Counted from the first letter of the stretch, positions 29,871-44,300 are shown. The stretch: 64,000 nucleotides of DNA from Syncephalis fuscata S228 (GCA_025786725.1 JAHLTZ010000027.1:1-64000), one strand, 5' to 3'. A program made the numbers and translations. The notes: generated by a model not told the origin, from the letters alone.

Positions 29871-31728
29871 ATGTTATTTTCAAAATACCAACAATTGGTG
29901 TTATTGTTATTTATTTGTATATCAATACAAATCAACTATGTTCGTGCAAAAATCACTCTTTTCAATGGTACCAAAGAGCTAGTATCTTATCACTTAACTG
30001 ATCTATACCTTCATCCCGAGTCTCAGCACGATCATTATGAAGGGATTGTAGTTGTCTGGACACACCCTATATATACAGAACCAAGCATAAAATGCTCTTT
30101 TCCGCCAGTTAATCACCGACCCAGCAATTCAAAATATTATTAATAATGCATCTAAATATCCTGACTTTGCACTAGTCATAGGTTATTATTATCGTTTACT
30201 GAGTTACTGTAAACCGAAGAGCGAGTAAGTGTTTATATTATAATAGATAGACATGTGCTAACTGTATTTAGATCAATCAAGCAGCAAATGGATTGATTCA
30301 GCAATCATCACGTATAGGACTTCCACCATTCAAGCTTCTTATTCTATCCTCATATGGTCACCACATTTTTATTTAGGTTACAATTGTGTTGCGTATTATT
30401 TTGATAAGTTACAGAATAGATTTTGAGTATCAAGCTCAATTAGAACAGTAGTAATGAAAACATTCAATTATAATATACCATGGGAAATATCTAAAAACTA
30501 TACAAAACTTCATTATACTGCTGAACAAGGTGAATTATATAAAATGCCTGCTATATCAATACTAAACTGTTAGTAGAACCCAATCCATGGAATGAGATAT
30601 TCTTTTCACACACATATATTGTCTACAAATGGACATATTTTGCCATAGTAAGTAATATAATTAAACACGTGTATAATTCTAACTGTATTGCTACAGGTGT
30701 TGGGTGTTTTGTTGTATGCATGTATTCGTACTATAATGCTAGCAAGATTTAAGCTGTTGAAACGGAATCTGCTTTGATCGCATTTGTTATCAGTATTATA
30801 TACTGTATTTGTAAGTAGATTCAATCTATTTTAAAATATACAACTAATGATTATATACTAGTTTTCCTTATACATCTGACTGCTCTACAAACAAGCTATT
30901 TACTATTTATTTCTTTAAGAATTTATACTTTTTTATCCACATTGCCTTTTGATATAACACTTTTGCATTGGTATGTTATTGTTAAGTTGGTTATATGATG
31001 TTTATGTTTAATTTTAGGTCATTCATTGGCAAAAAACTATTTTCAAAAAAAGCAATGATACCTATTTGGCTTGTTATTATTATTGATACCACAGTAAACA
31101 TTATGCGAATTGTAAGCTTAATAGGATTCACTTATTGGAAAAAAAATGATCATATTTTATCACTATTCGACACTTTTTTCAGTGAACTTATGCATACTGT
31201 GTTGTCATGGGTTACTATCGTAACATTATGTGCACTTTGTAAGTTAACATAAACTAAATATTTAGTTTAAACTAACGTATATTGAATAGTGTTATGGCTT
31301 GGATTTATAGCTTATAAGCTTAGAAAACATCCTGATGATCATCGCAAGTTTATACAGGTAAAGTATCTACTAGCTTTATTTTATTGATTTGCAATACTTA
31401 CCTATTGCACTAGTTGGCATGTCTTACTTTAATAGCGATTTTTACATATATACTATTTCCAATTTATTATATCAAATACTTTGATATTTTCTATACTTTA
31501 ACATCTGATGAAGTATTTAAAACAGATTTTATGTTTAATACAGCTTATACGATCCGTGCACTTGTATTCTTATCAATTTTTGGTATAAAACGGCCACACC
31601 CGCCAAAGTTAACTGAACTAAAGATACGAGAACCACTTGGTGGAATGACAGCCGTTGGATGCGATGCAAATGGAAAGGAAAGCGCCAATACAACAACAGC
31701 GAATTTACAATGTTACAAATGTGATTAA
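29871..31728 (+). CDS. Receptor-like protein copy B (tandem paralog of A; several apparent frameshifts, possibly a pseudogene)
   Basis: Same exon structure and signal peptide as A; EPNPWNEIFFSH; indels near 30113, 30211, 30358 and 30773. Confidence 0.7.
30553..31672. repeat. ~1.1-kb near-identical inverted duplication of 44381-45500 (TM half of receptors B and C, introns included)
   Basis: End coordinates sum to 76053; ORFs 31414(+) and 44639(-) are nearly identical; interrupted by a divergent block at ~31110-31205. Confidence 0.95.
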
Positions 31729-32124
31729 GCACCAAGTATTGGTGTAAATAATCAATCAAATTATATCATTTAGATGCAAATAATAAAAAATAAAAAATAA
31801 ATAGCTATTGCTGTTTGTAATTACCGATATCTTTATTCAGCATTTGATTAGCTAATTACGTACCGATGTTCATTAATAATATTGTAAATGTAATGAATAT
31901 GAGCTATTAACACGTTTAACATTATGCTTTATGTATAAAGTGCAGTTAACATGCTAGTCAGTTTATTGATAGCAATAATATAACGTTTTACAAATATTGT
32001 TGCACTAGCTTTGGATGATAGTAGTTTCAGCAATATGTAGTTTAAATTTCCCTTTTAATTAAACAAATTTCTGTAATTAAATAGCAGCATTCTCGATGAC
32101 TGCTTAATTATTAAAATCGTGTGA

Positions 32125-35100
32125 CTAAACACTGGCCTGTGTTTTCTTGCGACGAATTGTCCATCGGCGTGTTGATGGTTTACGCGCAGGTGCTGCCACA
32201 GGTGGCGGTGGCTTTTCCGGCAATGTTTGAGGCTGGTCAGCACTTTCACGACTGCCAGTAGATGATGTGGATAATCGTTTCCACGCAGTAGCAATTCGAC
32301 TACTTGTACTACCATTCTAATAATACACAAAACGTTATTTGCAATTCTATTAATCTAATTGGTTAATAAAACTTACCTCATTAGCCGAATTTGACATTGA
32401 TAGCGGTAGAGTAGGTGTAGAGGTGCCAGCATCACTATTAGTTTCTACTCCTCCACTACCACCTGCTGCTGCTGCTGCTGCCGTTGCTGCGGCTACTGCT
32501 GCGTAGCGGCTGCGGCAATCTCCTCCGCTTCAGAAATAGCACCGCCAGTAGGACGTATTGACTGACGATGAACACCAGGCAATGCACGTATCATGGGAGT
32601 GAAGGACGACGTCCACCTGGTGACAATGGAGCCGGACTTGGTGGTGGCACATAGCATAATACACGTTTGTTTTGTAAACGTTCAATTTCTTCGGCAAAGT
32701 TAATACGGAAGACTATAATTATTATGTTAGGTAATTGATTGTATTATTGCACACTTTACTTACATTGTAATAGATTTTCATGAAGTGGCACCATTTCTTG
32801 TGGCACAATGCGACCATGAATATCCAAACAACGACTAATGATTTCAGCCTATAATAAATTATAATTAATATTTAATTGTAGAAACAGTAGCTATTACTCT
32901 TAATCTTTCCTACCTGTTCTACGACTGCGTCGTCCAATTCACGAATATGAGAAGTTTTATCTGTATTTGCACGCAAATACATTTCATTCTTAAGGAATGC
33001 TTGCTTATATAGTTTAACACCACCATTAACTGGTGCATTCACTGCACCATTAAGCGACATTGTAAATGGATTGCAGCTAACGCGACCTGATCCTACGAAA
33101 ACAAGATAGCGTTTTTCCAATGCCAGTAATTCACGATTCTTGGCTCGCATAGCAACAACAGCATTTTCAATTGGTGACAATTCGGTAAGCGATGTCGATA
33201 CAACCTCGGCACGTCGAAGCATTGAAGGGAATGGATGTTCGGTGATAAGTACAGTCTTTTCCGTCCATAGTTCAAGGAATTCATTGCTTGTTTGCGTTTC
33301 ACTTGTAGCAACTTGTGATTCAGAAGGCAGTGCTAAATATAAAATTAGCATATTATTTAATAAATACTATTTACTACTTACCATCTATACCGAGTGGTGA
33401 ATCTAATTCAGCAATGGCCGCCATCATTGCTAGACTTGTGGGCGTTGCAGCTAGCGATATTGGTGGCATTGCTACTACTGCTTCACGTTTAAATGGACGT
33501 GAGAAGCTAAAGGTCATCACGTCATTGTGTTCGTAGTAAGCGCGAATAGCTGCTGGTACTAAATCGCCCTTAGCAAATACCGGTCGTGTACGATCAGGTT
33601 CTGGATGTACACTGGTGATTTGTACATATTGCAAATCGCCATTAATAATACGTTCATCGGGTGGTGCACTTGATTTCAATAGACGGGCCGCTGGATATTT
33701 GTTCTGAATGCGTTCGCAAAACGCACCAATCTTCTCCCATTCAAGGCCGCGATAAATGTACTGTTTATTACGCAGACCCGATGGGAAGGTTTTACCGTAA
33801 AAGCCAACGCGGAAATATTCGCTAAAGTAGCGTTCCTTATTAACAATATCCTCGTGAAGAGCTGCCTGCTGTCGTAGCATATCACTAAGTCGTGGATAAT
33901 CAAAAACTGTGTGTTCATAATGATATGCTAATTCACGGCACAGTTCAATAGCAAGCTCCCATGCTTGTCCAGCGGTAAAGTATTCTAATACTTGTAAGTA
34001 TAGCTGCTCTTTACGTTCAAATGCACTTTGTGCTGGTAATTGTAGCGCAGCAATAGCATCAACACGTTTTGTAAGCGACCATTCGAGTAAATCGGCGTGT
34101 AGCTTTAATGTAAGGCCAGCTTCAACCAGATTTTGATTACGTGCTTGTACACCAACCAATTGATGAACATACTTGACATAGATTTCATCTTGATCGATGT
34201 TCTTTACAAAGCGTAGCAATTTAAGCGTACCAACAATACGTTCATCTTCAAACTCGTCACCATTAGGCATGAACGAACGTGGAAGAGTAGTTCCAGGAAT
34301 CGACTAACATTGCCAAGAAATTCTTCAGCTTGTTGCATTAAATAATTGGATACTTGAGCTGAGACAAATTGCTGACGTAAATCGGCAATAAGCCATTGTC
34401 GTGTTTCCTCAGCGCCTGGTCGTTGCCAAACAGCTAGTTTATCAAGCGTATCCATACATTCAACTTCAGTTCGCTTCAGATTGCCGTAAATCGCATGTTC
34501 AGAATAACAAATACTAAACAGTACATTACAAGCACATTCACGCAGTACACGGCTTGTTGATAGACCAAGACTAAGAACCGGTCCAAGAAAACGCTGTGTA
34601 AATCGTACTTGATAGCCGCCAGTCCGTTGTCCACTATGTTCCCAACCAATAGATGACCAAGTTTCACGTAGTAATTGTGCGCCTAATACGCGCATATCAT
34701 CTCCGGCTAAACAGTCGGCCACCATGCGTTGTTGTGCCGTTAAATGGTCGAGTTGTAATTGTGGACAAGACAGTAGTCGAAGTAATACACGGAAGAACGC
34801 ACCCCATAAAGGCTGACGGAACTTATCAGCATTTAATGGCGGTGGTACGAATGCATCCATCAAGAGTAAAGCAATAGGCTGAAGTATGGTCATACTATTA
34901 CGACACACAACGACTGATGCATTGAACCAATTCTTTGGAAATACCGTCTCAGTAAGCATTGCTTCAAGCATTTCAAATAGACGCATTAAGAACACAACTG
35001 TTGGTTCTTCTCCTTCTATATGCAGCATACCTCTTAAGTAGCCAAGTAATTGATCTGATGTAGGTAATTCAAAGACAGCTAGAGCAGCGGTTGCCAATTC

Positions 35101-38100
35101 ACCCACGCCAGATAATACAGAAGAGGGTACAGTTGCCAAGTCGACTTCAGATTCACCGGCAATATCGCTAAGTGTTTCGTCAAATACATTGACCATTGAT
35201 ACTTTAGCAACACTGGGTATCTCCATATTCACAAGCTGTTCAAATAGCACTGTTAACTTGGGTAGAATAGTCAATACTGCAGTGATAGCATCGCCTAAAC
35301 TTGCTGTCTCAATGTCAGCATAGCCATTGATGCTTGCTGTCGTCTGGCCAAACTCGGTTTTAGCTGCTAATTTTGCCGTTAAAAAGCCATCAGTGGTCAG
35401 TGGACGTGTACGCCGATTACGCAATGCATCACGTAGCCGATCAGCAAGTCGAACAAGAATAGTAAGTGCTGTGCGTGCTGTTTCACGCCATTTTAGTTGT
35501 TTACTATCTGCTGAAGTCGGTGGCGATTCTAGCGTTTCCGATAGCCAACGAACAACGGCCTTTGTGATAATTGGACGTGCTCTACCATGATCCATTAGCG
35601 GTCCTTCAAGTAGTTCACCAACAGCACGTAGTCTTAGTCCACCTGTGGCAAATGAACGACGACCAACAGCATCAATAAATTCAACAGCCAATTGGGCAAC
35701 TTCTTCTGCACCAAGACAGCCCATTAATTCGGGTCCAAATGCACGATGGACACTACGTGCTGCAATGGTCTGTGCACCGATAACTGATTGCGGCTCAGTA
35801 ACACGCATTAAGCGAGTTAGTTCGGCAAATAGACCACGTAGCTCACTTAGGAATTCCTCTTCATGATGACTCTGTTCAGTATGTGACACTTGACGTTCAA
35901 GTTCATTAATGCGCTGAATAGCTCGACTACGCATAGCAAAGCCAATAAGTTCACTCCACACTTTGAGTGCAGAGCGGAAGGTGACTGCATGCTCAGGATT
36001 GCATGGATCATCGACAAATCGACGTAGTGTACCCAATAAATCACGCCATGCTTGTTCAGATCGCATATGACGGGCCAGATACACGGAAACGACCGGTTGG
36101 AAATTGTTGAATCGTCGATCGTTAACAATACCAAGCACGCGAATAATGGCCGTCACTGTTTGTGTGCTTACTTGACGAGCCGAATCGGCAGCGTGTAAAT
36201 CACGATACCAAGTACAGCCGAGTATTTCACAAAGTGCATCAAATACATCTTGTAAAAACTTAACGACTTCCATTTCATCGACAAATGCAAATTGATGCAG
36301 TATTGTTGTTAGATCACTGCGTCGATTACGTACTAATGTCTTCCATCGTAGTAGATTAATAAGTGCCGGTGCCTGTGAGTAATGTGTTGAACATAACAGT
36401 GATCGTACTACAAATGTATCCTTTAATGGCTGTGGCTTTGGCCCAGCCGCCGCCGCTGCCGGTGAGCTGGTTGTGCTTGCGGTAAGTCCACCCATAGTTG
36501 GTGATCCAAGTGGTGCATCCAGCGTAACAACACCATTGGGCATACCAAGTGAATCGGTGGCACTTTCATTGACAGATAGAACGAGTGCACCTTCACCAGA
36601 TACAACAGGTGCAATTAAACAGCGTAGATATACAACTGGACGTACAATACGTGCATCCCATCTGAATAAACTTAATTGACGTTCTCCATCTTTAAGTGCA
36701 CACCCATCGCCACCAACTAGGGGCAATACACCAAATGCAAATTGCTTCTCATCATTAATATCTGCACTGGCTCCACTATTGCCGCCACCAATAATACCGC
36801 CACTATTATTATTATTGCCGCCACCACTGCCACCAATAATGCCGCCACTATTGCTTGATGCACTAGTATTAACATGGCGGAATGAAAAGAATAAATGAGC
36901 ATCTTCAAATTGACCTTTGGGTATATCAAGCCTAAATGCTTCTTCCCAAACTGGTGCATTACAATGATGAAGCACTAGACTATTGAATGCAGTCGTTGTA
37001 GGTACATCGCCACTGGCTCGAGCAAGTACACCGCTAAGTACACGGCCGTCGGCATTACTTCGAACTTCAACACGGCATTCCACGCTACGTACTTGTCGTT
37101 TAAGTCCTTGGGTGAATTCACCGCCCACCAATCGAATGTATAAATGATTACGCGACATACCAGGTACCACGACATCTGGAAAGCCAAGACGAAGTGAACG
37201 TGATGCATCCAGTAGCCAGTTAGGATGAGCGCGGAATACTGCATTAGTATCGCCACGGAATAAACGCATACTAATACAGACGGCCTCAGCCTTGGGTGTA
37301 CGTGTGTAATCACTGGTTTGTCGCGCAATAAGTGCACGGTGTAATTCGGCAAAGCCAAGTTCAGCTGTTGGTACATAAATCGACATAATGTGTTCGCCGA
37401 CTTCTAATTCACCACGATCAGCCATTGCTGTGATATCTTGACCACGTAGTGCATCTCTTAGTGGCAATACGGCCACACCAATTGGTCGACGAATATCTGG
37501 CATTGATTTTGGATCTTGTGTATTTGTATCAACTAGATTGGACGATACTTTACGGCCATGGTGTTTACCAACAGATACGGCACCTCCTAGAATACCGCCA
37601 CCGCCACTATCTTTACTAGAATCACCAGCACCGAGCATCATATGGCCACGGCGCACCACACGACACACTAGGTATAGATCTTCTTCAGTCAATTCACGCT
37701 CAGTCAATTCTAGAAATACTGTGCGTAGTCGACCAATCTTGTCGTGGTCGGCAGCAACGCCATTCTCAGTCAATTCACAAAGATAACATTCGGTCAATTG
37801 ACGATCACCACGGTAATCATAGATCCAAAAGTACAATTCTACATGTTCACCTGCAGAACAAACGCTGGCTACAAATGCATTTAGATCAAGCGAAAGATGG
37901 TAAAAGGTCTGTGATTCAACTGGCATATCCCAGGCTGTTGTACGACGCGTTGCTTTAACTGCTGGTCCTCTAGCAGCTACAGTGGATAGTTGGTTGCTAT
38001 TAGATCCATGGCCGCTATGACTGGCATTACCAGTTGGTGATAATAGCGCTTCTCCTGATGGATTGCCATTGTTGTTACCTCCACTAGCAGTAGCTGATGA

Positions 38101-39714
38101 ATTAATTAAATTAATCGATTTAGGACGTAGGTTGCAACAAGTAAGTCGCAGATGTTCACGGTATAGTGCAACAACTTGTCCAAGTTGTCCAACGACATCA
38201 CCATCCGATTCACGGGCTGTTTGATCAAGTCCTTGTAGATTATTGCCATAGGCTACTAACTGAACCAGATGTTGACGTAGACGATGTAGACCATCCTGTG
38301 GTAATGCTTGAGCAATCAGTTGTCGACGGCCATGCAATACCTCAAACATTAGATCGCGTAATAATGCAAATAAAGAGTATCTTTGCTGACGTAGATATGT
38401 ATGTAAAAGTGAACACCATTCACGAAGTACTTGAGCCATGGCGTCGACCAGCGGTTCACGTCGGCCCATAACACTTACATCTCGTGGAATAGCTGGTACT
38501 GCTGGTAAAGCAACATGGTTTGGTCGAATACTAGTTGCTTGAAAGCTCATTGACCTTGCCTTGTGCAGCTTTTTCGGCTTTGTTGGCGTATTTCGAAATG
38601 AAGTCGATCGCTGCATAGTATACTCATTACTGATATCCGGCAGTGGATACGCGGCTACTTCATGTCCTGTACCAGGCCGACTCACCGATGCAGCTGCTTG
38701 ATTGAACAGTGATTCAATTGGATTTTGAATACCTTCAGGTGTCAATACACCTTTAGTTAAGTCATTCATATTATCTGGATTAATAGGTTGCCATGTATGA
38801 GCTGCTGGATCGTAACTATCACGTAGTGCTACGTGCGATAAAGGAAATATGCCCATACGTGGTGTTGTTTGTAATGGGAATGGCGCTATAACATAGCCAC
38901 GTATCCATTCGCCATTTCGTTCAAATGCAAATATATGATCACCTGCTTCCAATGGTAGCTGATAGACTGCACCTGGATGATTTGTATGTGGATTAGGCAG
39001 AAGAATAGGCTGTGTCAATTCTCCAATAGGTGGTATAACACGGCCATCTGTATTAGTATTTGTATCATTAATACTTGGCTCTAATAGTGTATATTGTGTA
39101 TAGGCAGAAGGAGTAAATGGAAATACGGCAATACCATGTAATAAACGAAGTAATGGTCGCCAGCACTTTGGTTCCTCTTCTTCTTCTCTAGAAGCCAGTA
39201 ATGGTGTTAAAGGAGCTGAAGTAACCGTTGGAGCATTAGTATTAAGTGTGGTATTAAGAAGTGTATTAGTTGTTGTTGTCGCTGTATCAGTATTAGTTTC
39301 CGTATCAACGTTGGCGGTAGTATCAGATATTATAGGTTCCGAAATAGTTGTAGTTACTGTATCAGTATTAACTTCTGATATGATTGAAGTCCTTGCAGAT
39401 AAAACTGAAGCTTTTGTTGATACAATTGAAGTTCTTGTCGATACGGAATCTGTAATGGAAGTAGGCGAATTTGGCGTCTCCAATGCTGATACTGAAAGTG
39501 CAGCCGAATTAAAAGACTCAACTACAGTGTTTGTAATAGGAACAACTGGTGGAGGTATCGACTCAATATCTGCATCGGAACATAAAGAAGCAACATTTGG
39601 ATCGGCCTCTGTGGCTAATGGCGAGTCGGGTTCATCAATTGAAGGGGCAAATGATGGTGAAGGTGGTAAAGCTTCATTGACAATAGAAGCCGCGTCGAAA
39701 TCTTCATCGGCCAT
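32125..39714 (-). CDS. DOCK-family (DOCK1-5/Dck1-like) Rho/Rac guanine nucleotide exchange factor
   Basis: SH3-like N-terminus (LEAGDHIFAFERNGEWIRGY...GIFPLSHV), C2/DHR-1 (LGFPDVVVPGMSRNHLY, HCNAPVWEE), DHR-2 (YFRVGFYG, ELSPIENA, LNGAVNAPVNGG). Introns at the 3' end; apparent 1-nt frameshifts at ~34270, ~32595 and ~32503. Confidence 0.93.
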
Positions 39715-40202
39715 AAGTTGGGTGTTTTCCTATCAAATTACGCACTTTGAATCGATTTACAAAACCTGACCGTCAATGTAACTAAATCATAACAATAACA
39801 ATAATAATTAATTAATACATAATTGTTAATATTGGTGTTAAAATAGCTAAATAGTATTGTCACACTAATATGCCATGCCAACAATTCGCCATCCTTAATC
39901 CATAGCTTTCAAGTCACTTGCAAATACTAGAATCTATATGTACATGCACTCTAATACATTATTGACATACAATCGTGACGTCTGTCAATTCATTTTATGT
40001 ATGCCAAGCCGATAAAGAATAGGATATTCACATCTAATGTAGCACTATAGACAACTTACGGTTTAACTATTAACAGTAAAAGGATGAAGAATAATCCTTT
40101 AAATAAACTGAAAGTGTATTTGACTGTTTCCAGTCGGACAATAGGCAGAATAGAATAGAAAAGCAAGTAGAATAAAATAACAGTAAGAAAGAAGATGAAG
40201 AC

Positions 40203-40224
40203 GTGTGTGTGTGTGTGTGTGTGT
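40203..40224. repeat. (GT)n microsatellite in the divergent DOCK/BRR6 intergenic region
   Basis: gtgtgtgt... run. Confidence 0.9.
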
Positions 40225-40620
40225 ATGGGCCATGCTTTCTTTATCCATATGATTAGAACATAAACGCATGACGTGCCCATCCAATCAATGTAGAGTAAAA
40301 TCAACTTAATCAAAAGCTACTTTTTGATTAAAATTCATTAGACTTCACTGTAATTAACTAAATAATTAAGTAACTAATTAAATAGTTAATTAAATAGTTA
40401 AGTAATTATACTTTTTTCTTTCTTTTCTATCATTACTGCTATCACTATATTAACCTATTGTGTTGTTGTTGTTGGTTTTATTATTGTTTATATACGTATC
40501 TATTGTAGTTCACATTGGTTATTAGTGACCAAGTGTAGTAAGAAGAAAGAAGCAACGAAAGCAATAGAAAGTATATATACACACGCACAGAAAGAGAGAG
40601 AGAACAAAAACTTGTAAGAT

Positions 40621-40967
40621 ATGGCCAATACGATGGACACCTCGTTAGAAAGACGTGGCCGAGCTGCACCTATGGAATTCGAGTATCAAATGCCACGTAA
40701 GCCTTCAGCGACCTTTAACCAAAGAACCTCCGCCAATACTGGTACATTGTTGTCACGTACATCACTACTTGCTCGTTCCAATACTGGTCCGCCTGACGCT
40801 GCTTCTTTTGCCGCAATGGCTTCAACCACTACTGATGTACCGGCGAGATCAGTACCCACCTTATCAACCACCACCATTACAACAGCATATTATTCTGATC
40901 AAGACGAAAACAATGACGCAGACTATAGCGATACATCGGTAGGTAACAGATGTGAATAATTGTGAAT

Positions 40968-41001
<34 letters not shown>

Positions 41002-42390
41002 AATAGATTCCATGTTAACTAGCAATTCCAAATAGAGAGGACGTGGTCGACACTTAGTATTGCCACAAGATCGTAATAACAGTAGTCGCAGTAGATCACG
41101 TTCTAGAGATAGAACGTCATCAACCGCAACAACATCAAACCAACGAAGAAAGAAATCAGCTTATACAGCTTATCGTGGTGGTTCATCTGTTAGAAAGTCT
41201 AATCGTCGACGTGATGCTAATACGGATCGTTCATCAAGTTGGAAGTATTGGTTTAATTATTTACATCCAAATAATCATAATATTGGACCAGCACTTAATT
41301 GGTGGTAAGTTAAAATGATGTAATAAATAGTATTATAAATACAATATTGTATTTTATAACGATATATAAATAATAGGACAATTAGTCGAATAATAAGCAT
41401 TGCTCTAGCATTGCTTGCTGTTAGAACACTTTATGTAGCTATTGAGACAGTACGTACAGATGTACAATTAAAGGCAAATGATCGTATGCTAGGTAAGTCA
41501 TAGTATAACTAATAAATAACAAATTTACTTATAATTTACAATGTTAATAGAGATTGAAAAAACAATTAGTTTTTGTCGGGCTGAATACGAAGGAAATAAA
41601 TGCGATATTCCTGATGGTCGTCCAATTTTACTAAAAAATTGCCCTACTTGGAAAGAATATCCTTTTTACTACTTAATTAGTCATTTAATAAGCTACCAAG
41701 TGTAATATATCGTTAACCAATAGATATACGTGTATGGAACAGGATTCAAGTGTGTTTGGAAGGTAAATTAATACATGATAAATTACTAATGGATACAATA
41801 ATGTTAATGCTAATATAATTAACTAATTTAGATCAAGACTTGTAGCTGAAGCATTTGCTGAAATTATCGAGGCATTTATGCAACCATTATCTATGCGTAC
41901 TATTGTAAGCAGTTATTAATGCTAATACAATTACTTTTATTTACATTATAATGTATATTAATACTATCCTATTTAGTTGATCTTTGTTCTAACTACCTTT
42001 GGTGTATTGGCTTTACTCAATATCATTTACACTCTATTTATTCGTAACTACAATTCACACCATCCTTCTTCATCTTCGGGCTATCCTTTAATGCAGCAAC
42101 ATCATACGCATCCCATGCATCTAGAAGGACCTAGTGGACAAAAATTAAGAATACAAGAAGTTTGGCATGAAACGGAAGTTGATCATGAAATACACTCAGG
42201 CGACAGTGAAGATGACAACGACGATCGCCGCTCTCGACATAATCGCTTATCGTCTAGGCGCGGTCGTAATAGTAATGGCACTAAACGGAAAGGACGACGA
42301 CAAGATCGAGCTAGTCATAGTCGTAGTCGTAGTCGTAGTCGTAGTCGTACACGAACCACTATACGTTATGTAAACGACACAGAATATTAA
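40621..42390 (+). CDS. Brr6/Brl1-like nuclear envelope protein (multi-exon, one AT-AC intron)
   Basis: N-terminal ERRGRAAPMEFE; four-Cys luminal domain FCRAEYEGNKC...NCPTWKECMEQD...SRLVAEAFAEIIEAFMQPLSMRT flanked by two TM helices. Confidence 0.85.
40971..40999. repeat. (AT)n microsatellite in intron 1 of the Brr6/Brl1-like gene
   Basis: atatat... run within intron 40939-41035. Confidence 0.9.
41657..41729 (+). other. U12-type (minor spliceosome) AT-AC intron, 73 nt
   Basis: 5' end ATATCCTTT, branch-like TCGTTAAC at 41710-41717, terminal TAC. Removal restores W-K-E-C-M-E-Q-D in frame. Confidence 0.85.
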
Positions 42391-42472
42391 ATAGGTACTA
42401 TATTATATTAAATATATATACTTTATATACTAGCACGACGACTGTAATTGTTTGTTAACATGTCATAAATGG

Positions 42473-44093
42473 TTATTGCGCGTCAATCATCTCCCATAGA
42501 CCACAGTCAACGCAGCCTTCTTCAGGTTCACATACTGGCACGTCATCCCACTTTTTAATTACTTCTTCAATAACATCCATAATACGATGGGTTCGTATAT
42601 CTGATTTCCATCCCCATTTTGCTGTAACATCATAGACACAGGTGCGTCCTGAATGGCATTTACTATTCAATCACATAAGTAAAAGTATTTGTTGTCTATA
42701 AAATACTTACGATTCCATTGCATAGCCTGCATAATAACACGAAGAGCCTGCACCCTATTATAAGTAATAAAAAACATAATATGTCAATGGCTATTTATGT
42801 ATTCAGTCGATATTACTACTTACTGTGCATACACCCATGAAAATAGGATCAGCAGTATGACCAAAATGCCAAATAGGCAGCTTTTTGTAATCAATGGCCG
42901 GTGGCATTGGTAAATGAAGACGACGAGCAGGTAATTGATCGCCAGGTGCCTCAAAGGTTACAGTGGGTATACGAAATACTTGACCAAGTAAAGCAGCCAC
43001 TGATCCACCTAATGAATGGCCCACCATCCAGATTTGAGCCTCTGGATAGGTAGCACTTAATTCATTAAATAGATTCTATTTATTAATAATAATTATTAGT
43101 AAAATCTACTTTGTTTTGTCTCTATTATACCTACAAGTGTCACCCCATAGTAAATATTATCCGGTGTTACACTTTCTTCTAAACATGTCTGGTTGCACTT
43201 ATTACCTGACATGTAGCAGCCACAACAGTTGACCAAGAGTAATCAACTCGGGCACAGCAGCACGATAACAATAAATTGTCCTTTTATACAATGTTAATTT
43301 ATTTAATAACAATCATTTATAATAACCACTTACGTTAAGCTTATCTCGTTCAGTCGATGGACCTCCACTGCCAAATAGACCAATACTTGTTCCCTTGATC
43401 GATATAATAACAATACTTTCACTTTTATCTACAAACACATAGCCTCGTAGTCCATCAGCTTTTTCTTCCCATCCAAAATCTTTAGTCTGTAAAGTAGATG
43501 GTTTTATTATTAAATTATGTTATTTTGTATATTCATATGTATCTTACCATGTTCCAGTCACCGCCTACATCGTGCCATTCAGGTTTGTTTAGTTCAATAT
43601 AGGCATTGTAGGTCATTTCGGCCAATGATACTATTGTATCACGATCAGTTACATCAGGCAGTACCGTTAACTCTTCTTCAGGGAGTCGGGCAAGTCCATT
43701 GGGAAGAAAACCGCCTCCCCATTGAACAGTAGAAATACGACGCTTAATCACATGACCACTTGAGAATACTGCTACCTTTGATGCATCAATAGGTGGTGAC
43801 AGTGTAGGCTTCTTCAGTCCAATGCTCATATTGTCAAAGACATTAAGGTCGCGACGGGCAAAAGCAAGAGCCGTCTTACTGAATGGTGGTGGTGGTGGTG
43901 CATAAAAGGTATGGCGAATATGAAGAGTGGTGTCAGGACTATTCTGTGCGTTGACCACGCCTGGCTTCAGCAATGGCTTTGATAGAATAGTTTGTCGAGC
44001 CGCATTGGCCGGTTCATGCGTACCGGCCAATATAGCAACAGCGACAATACTAATAGATGACAAATAGCTATACAAAGAGAGTGATGGTTGCAT
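42473..44093 (-). CDS. ATG15: Vacuolar/autophagy lipase (multi-exon; apparent frameshift ~43224)
   Basis: [83 protein letters not shown]. Confidence 0.93.
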
Positions 44094-44300
44094 TGATGCA
44101 ATTGAGTAAAAGATGAGAAAGAGACAATCGCAGTCCACATTGTGTTGGAGATCGATTTAATAAATAAATACAAAAGTTTTTAAAGTTTACAGTTATCGTG
44201 AGAAACCTTGACACCTTGATTCATGTAAATACTGATAACTAGACGCAGTAAACCACCTGTCTTATTTATTATTTACAGTGAGCAAATATAATTTAATTGA

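Noticed and set aside
23026-36426. Other RTATCCTTT strings (~23027, ~36416) as U12 donors
   Set aside because: They lie on the strand opposite to their host genes, inside uninterrupted coding sequence.
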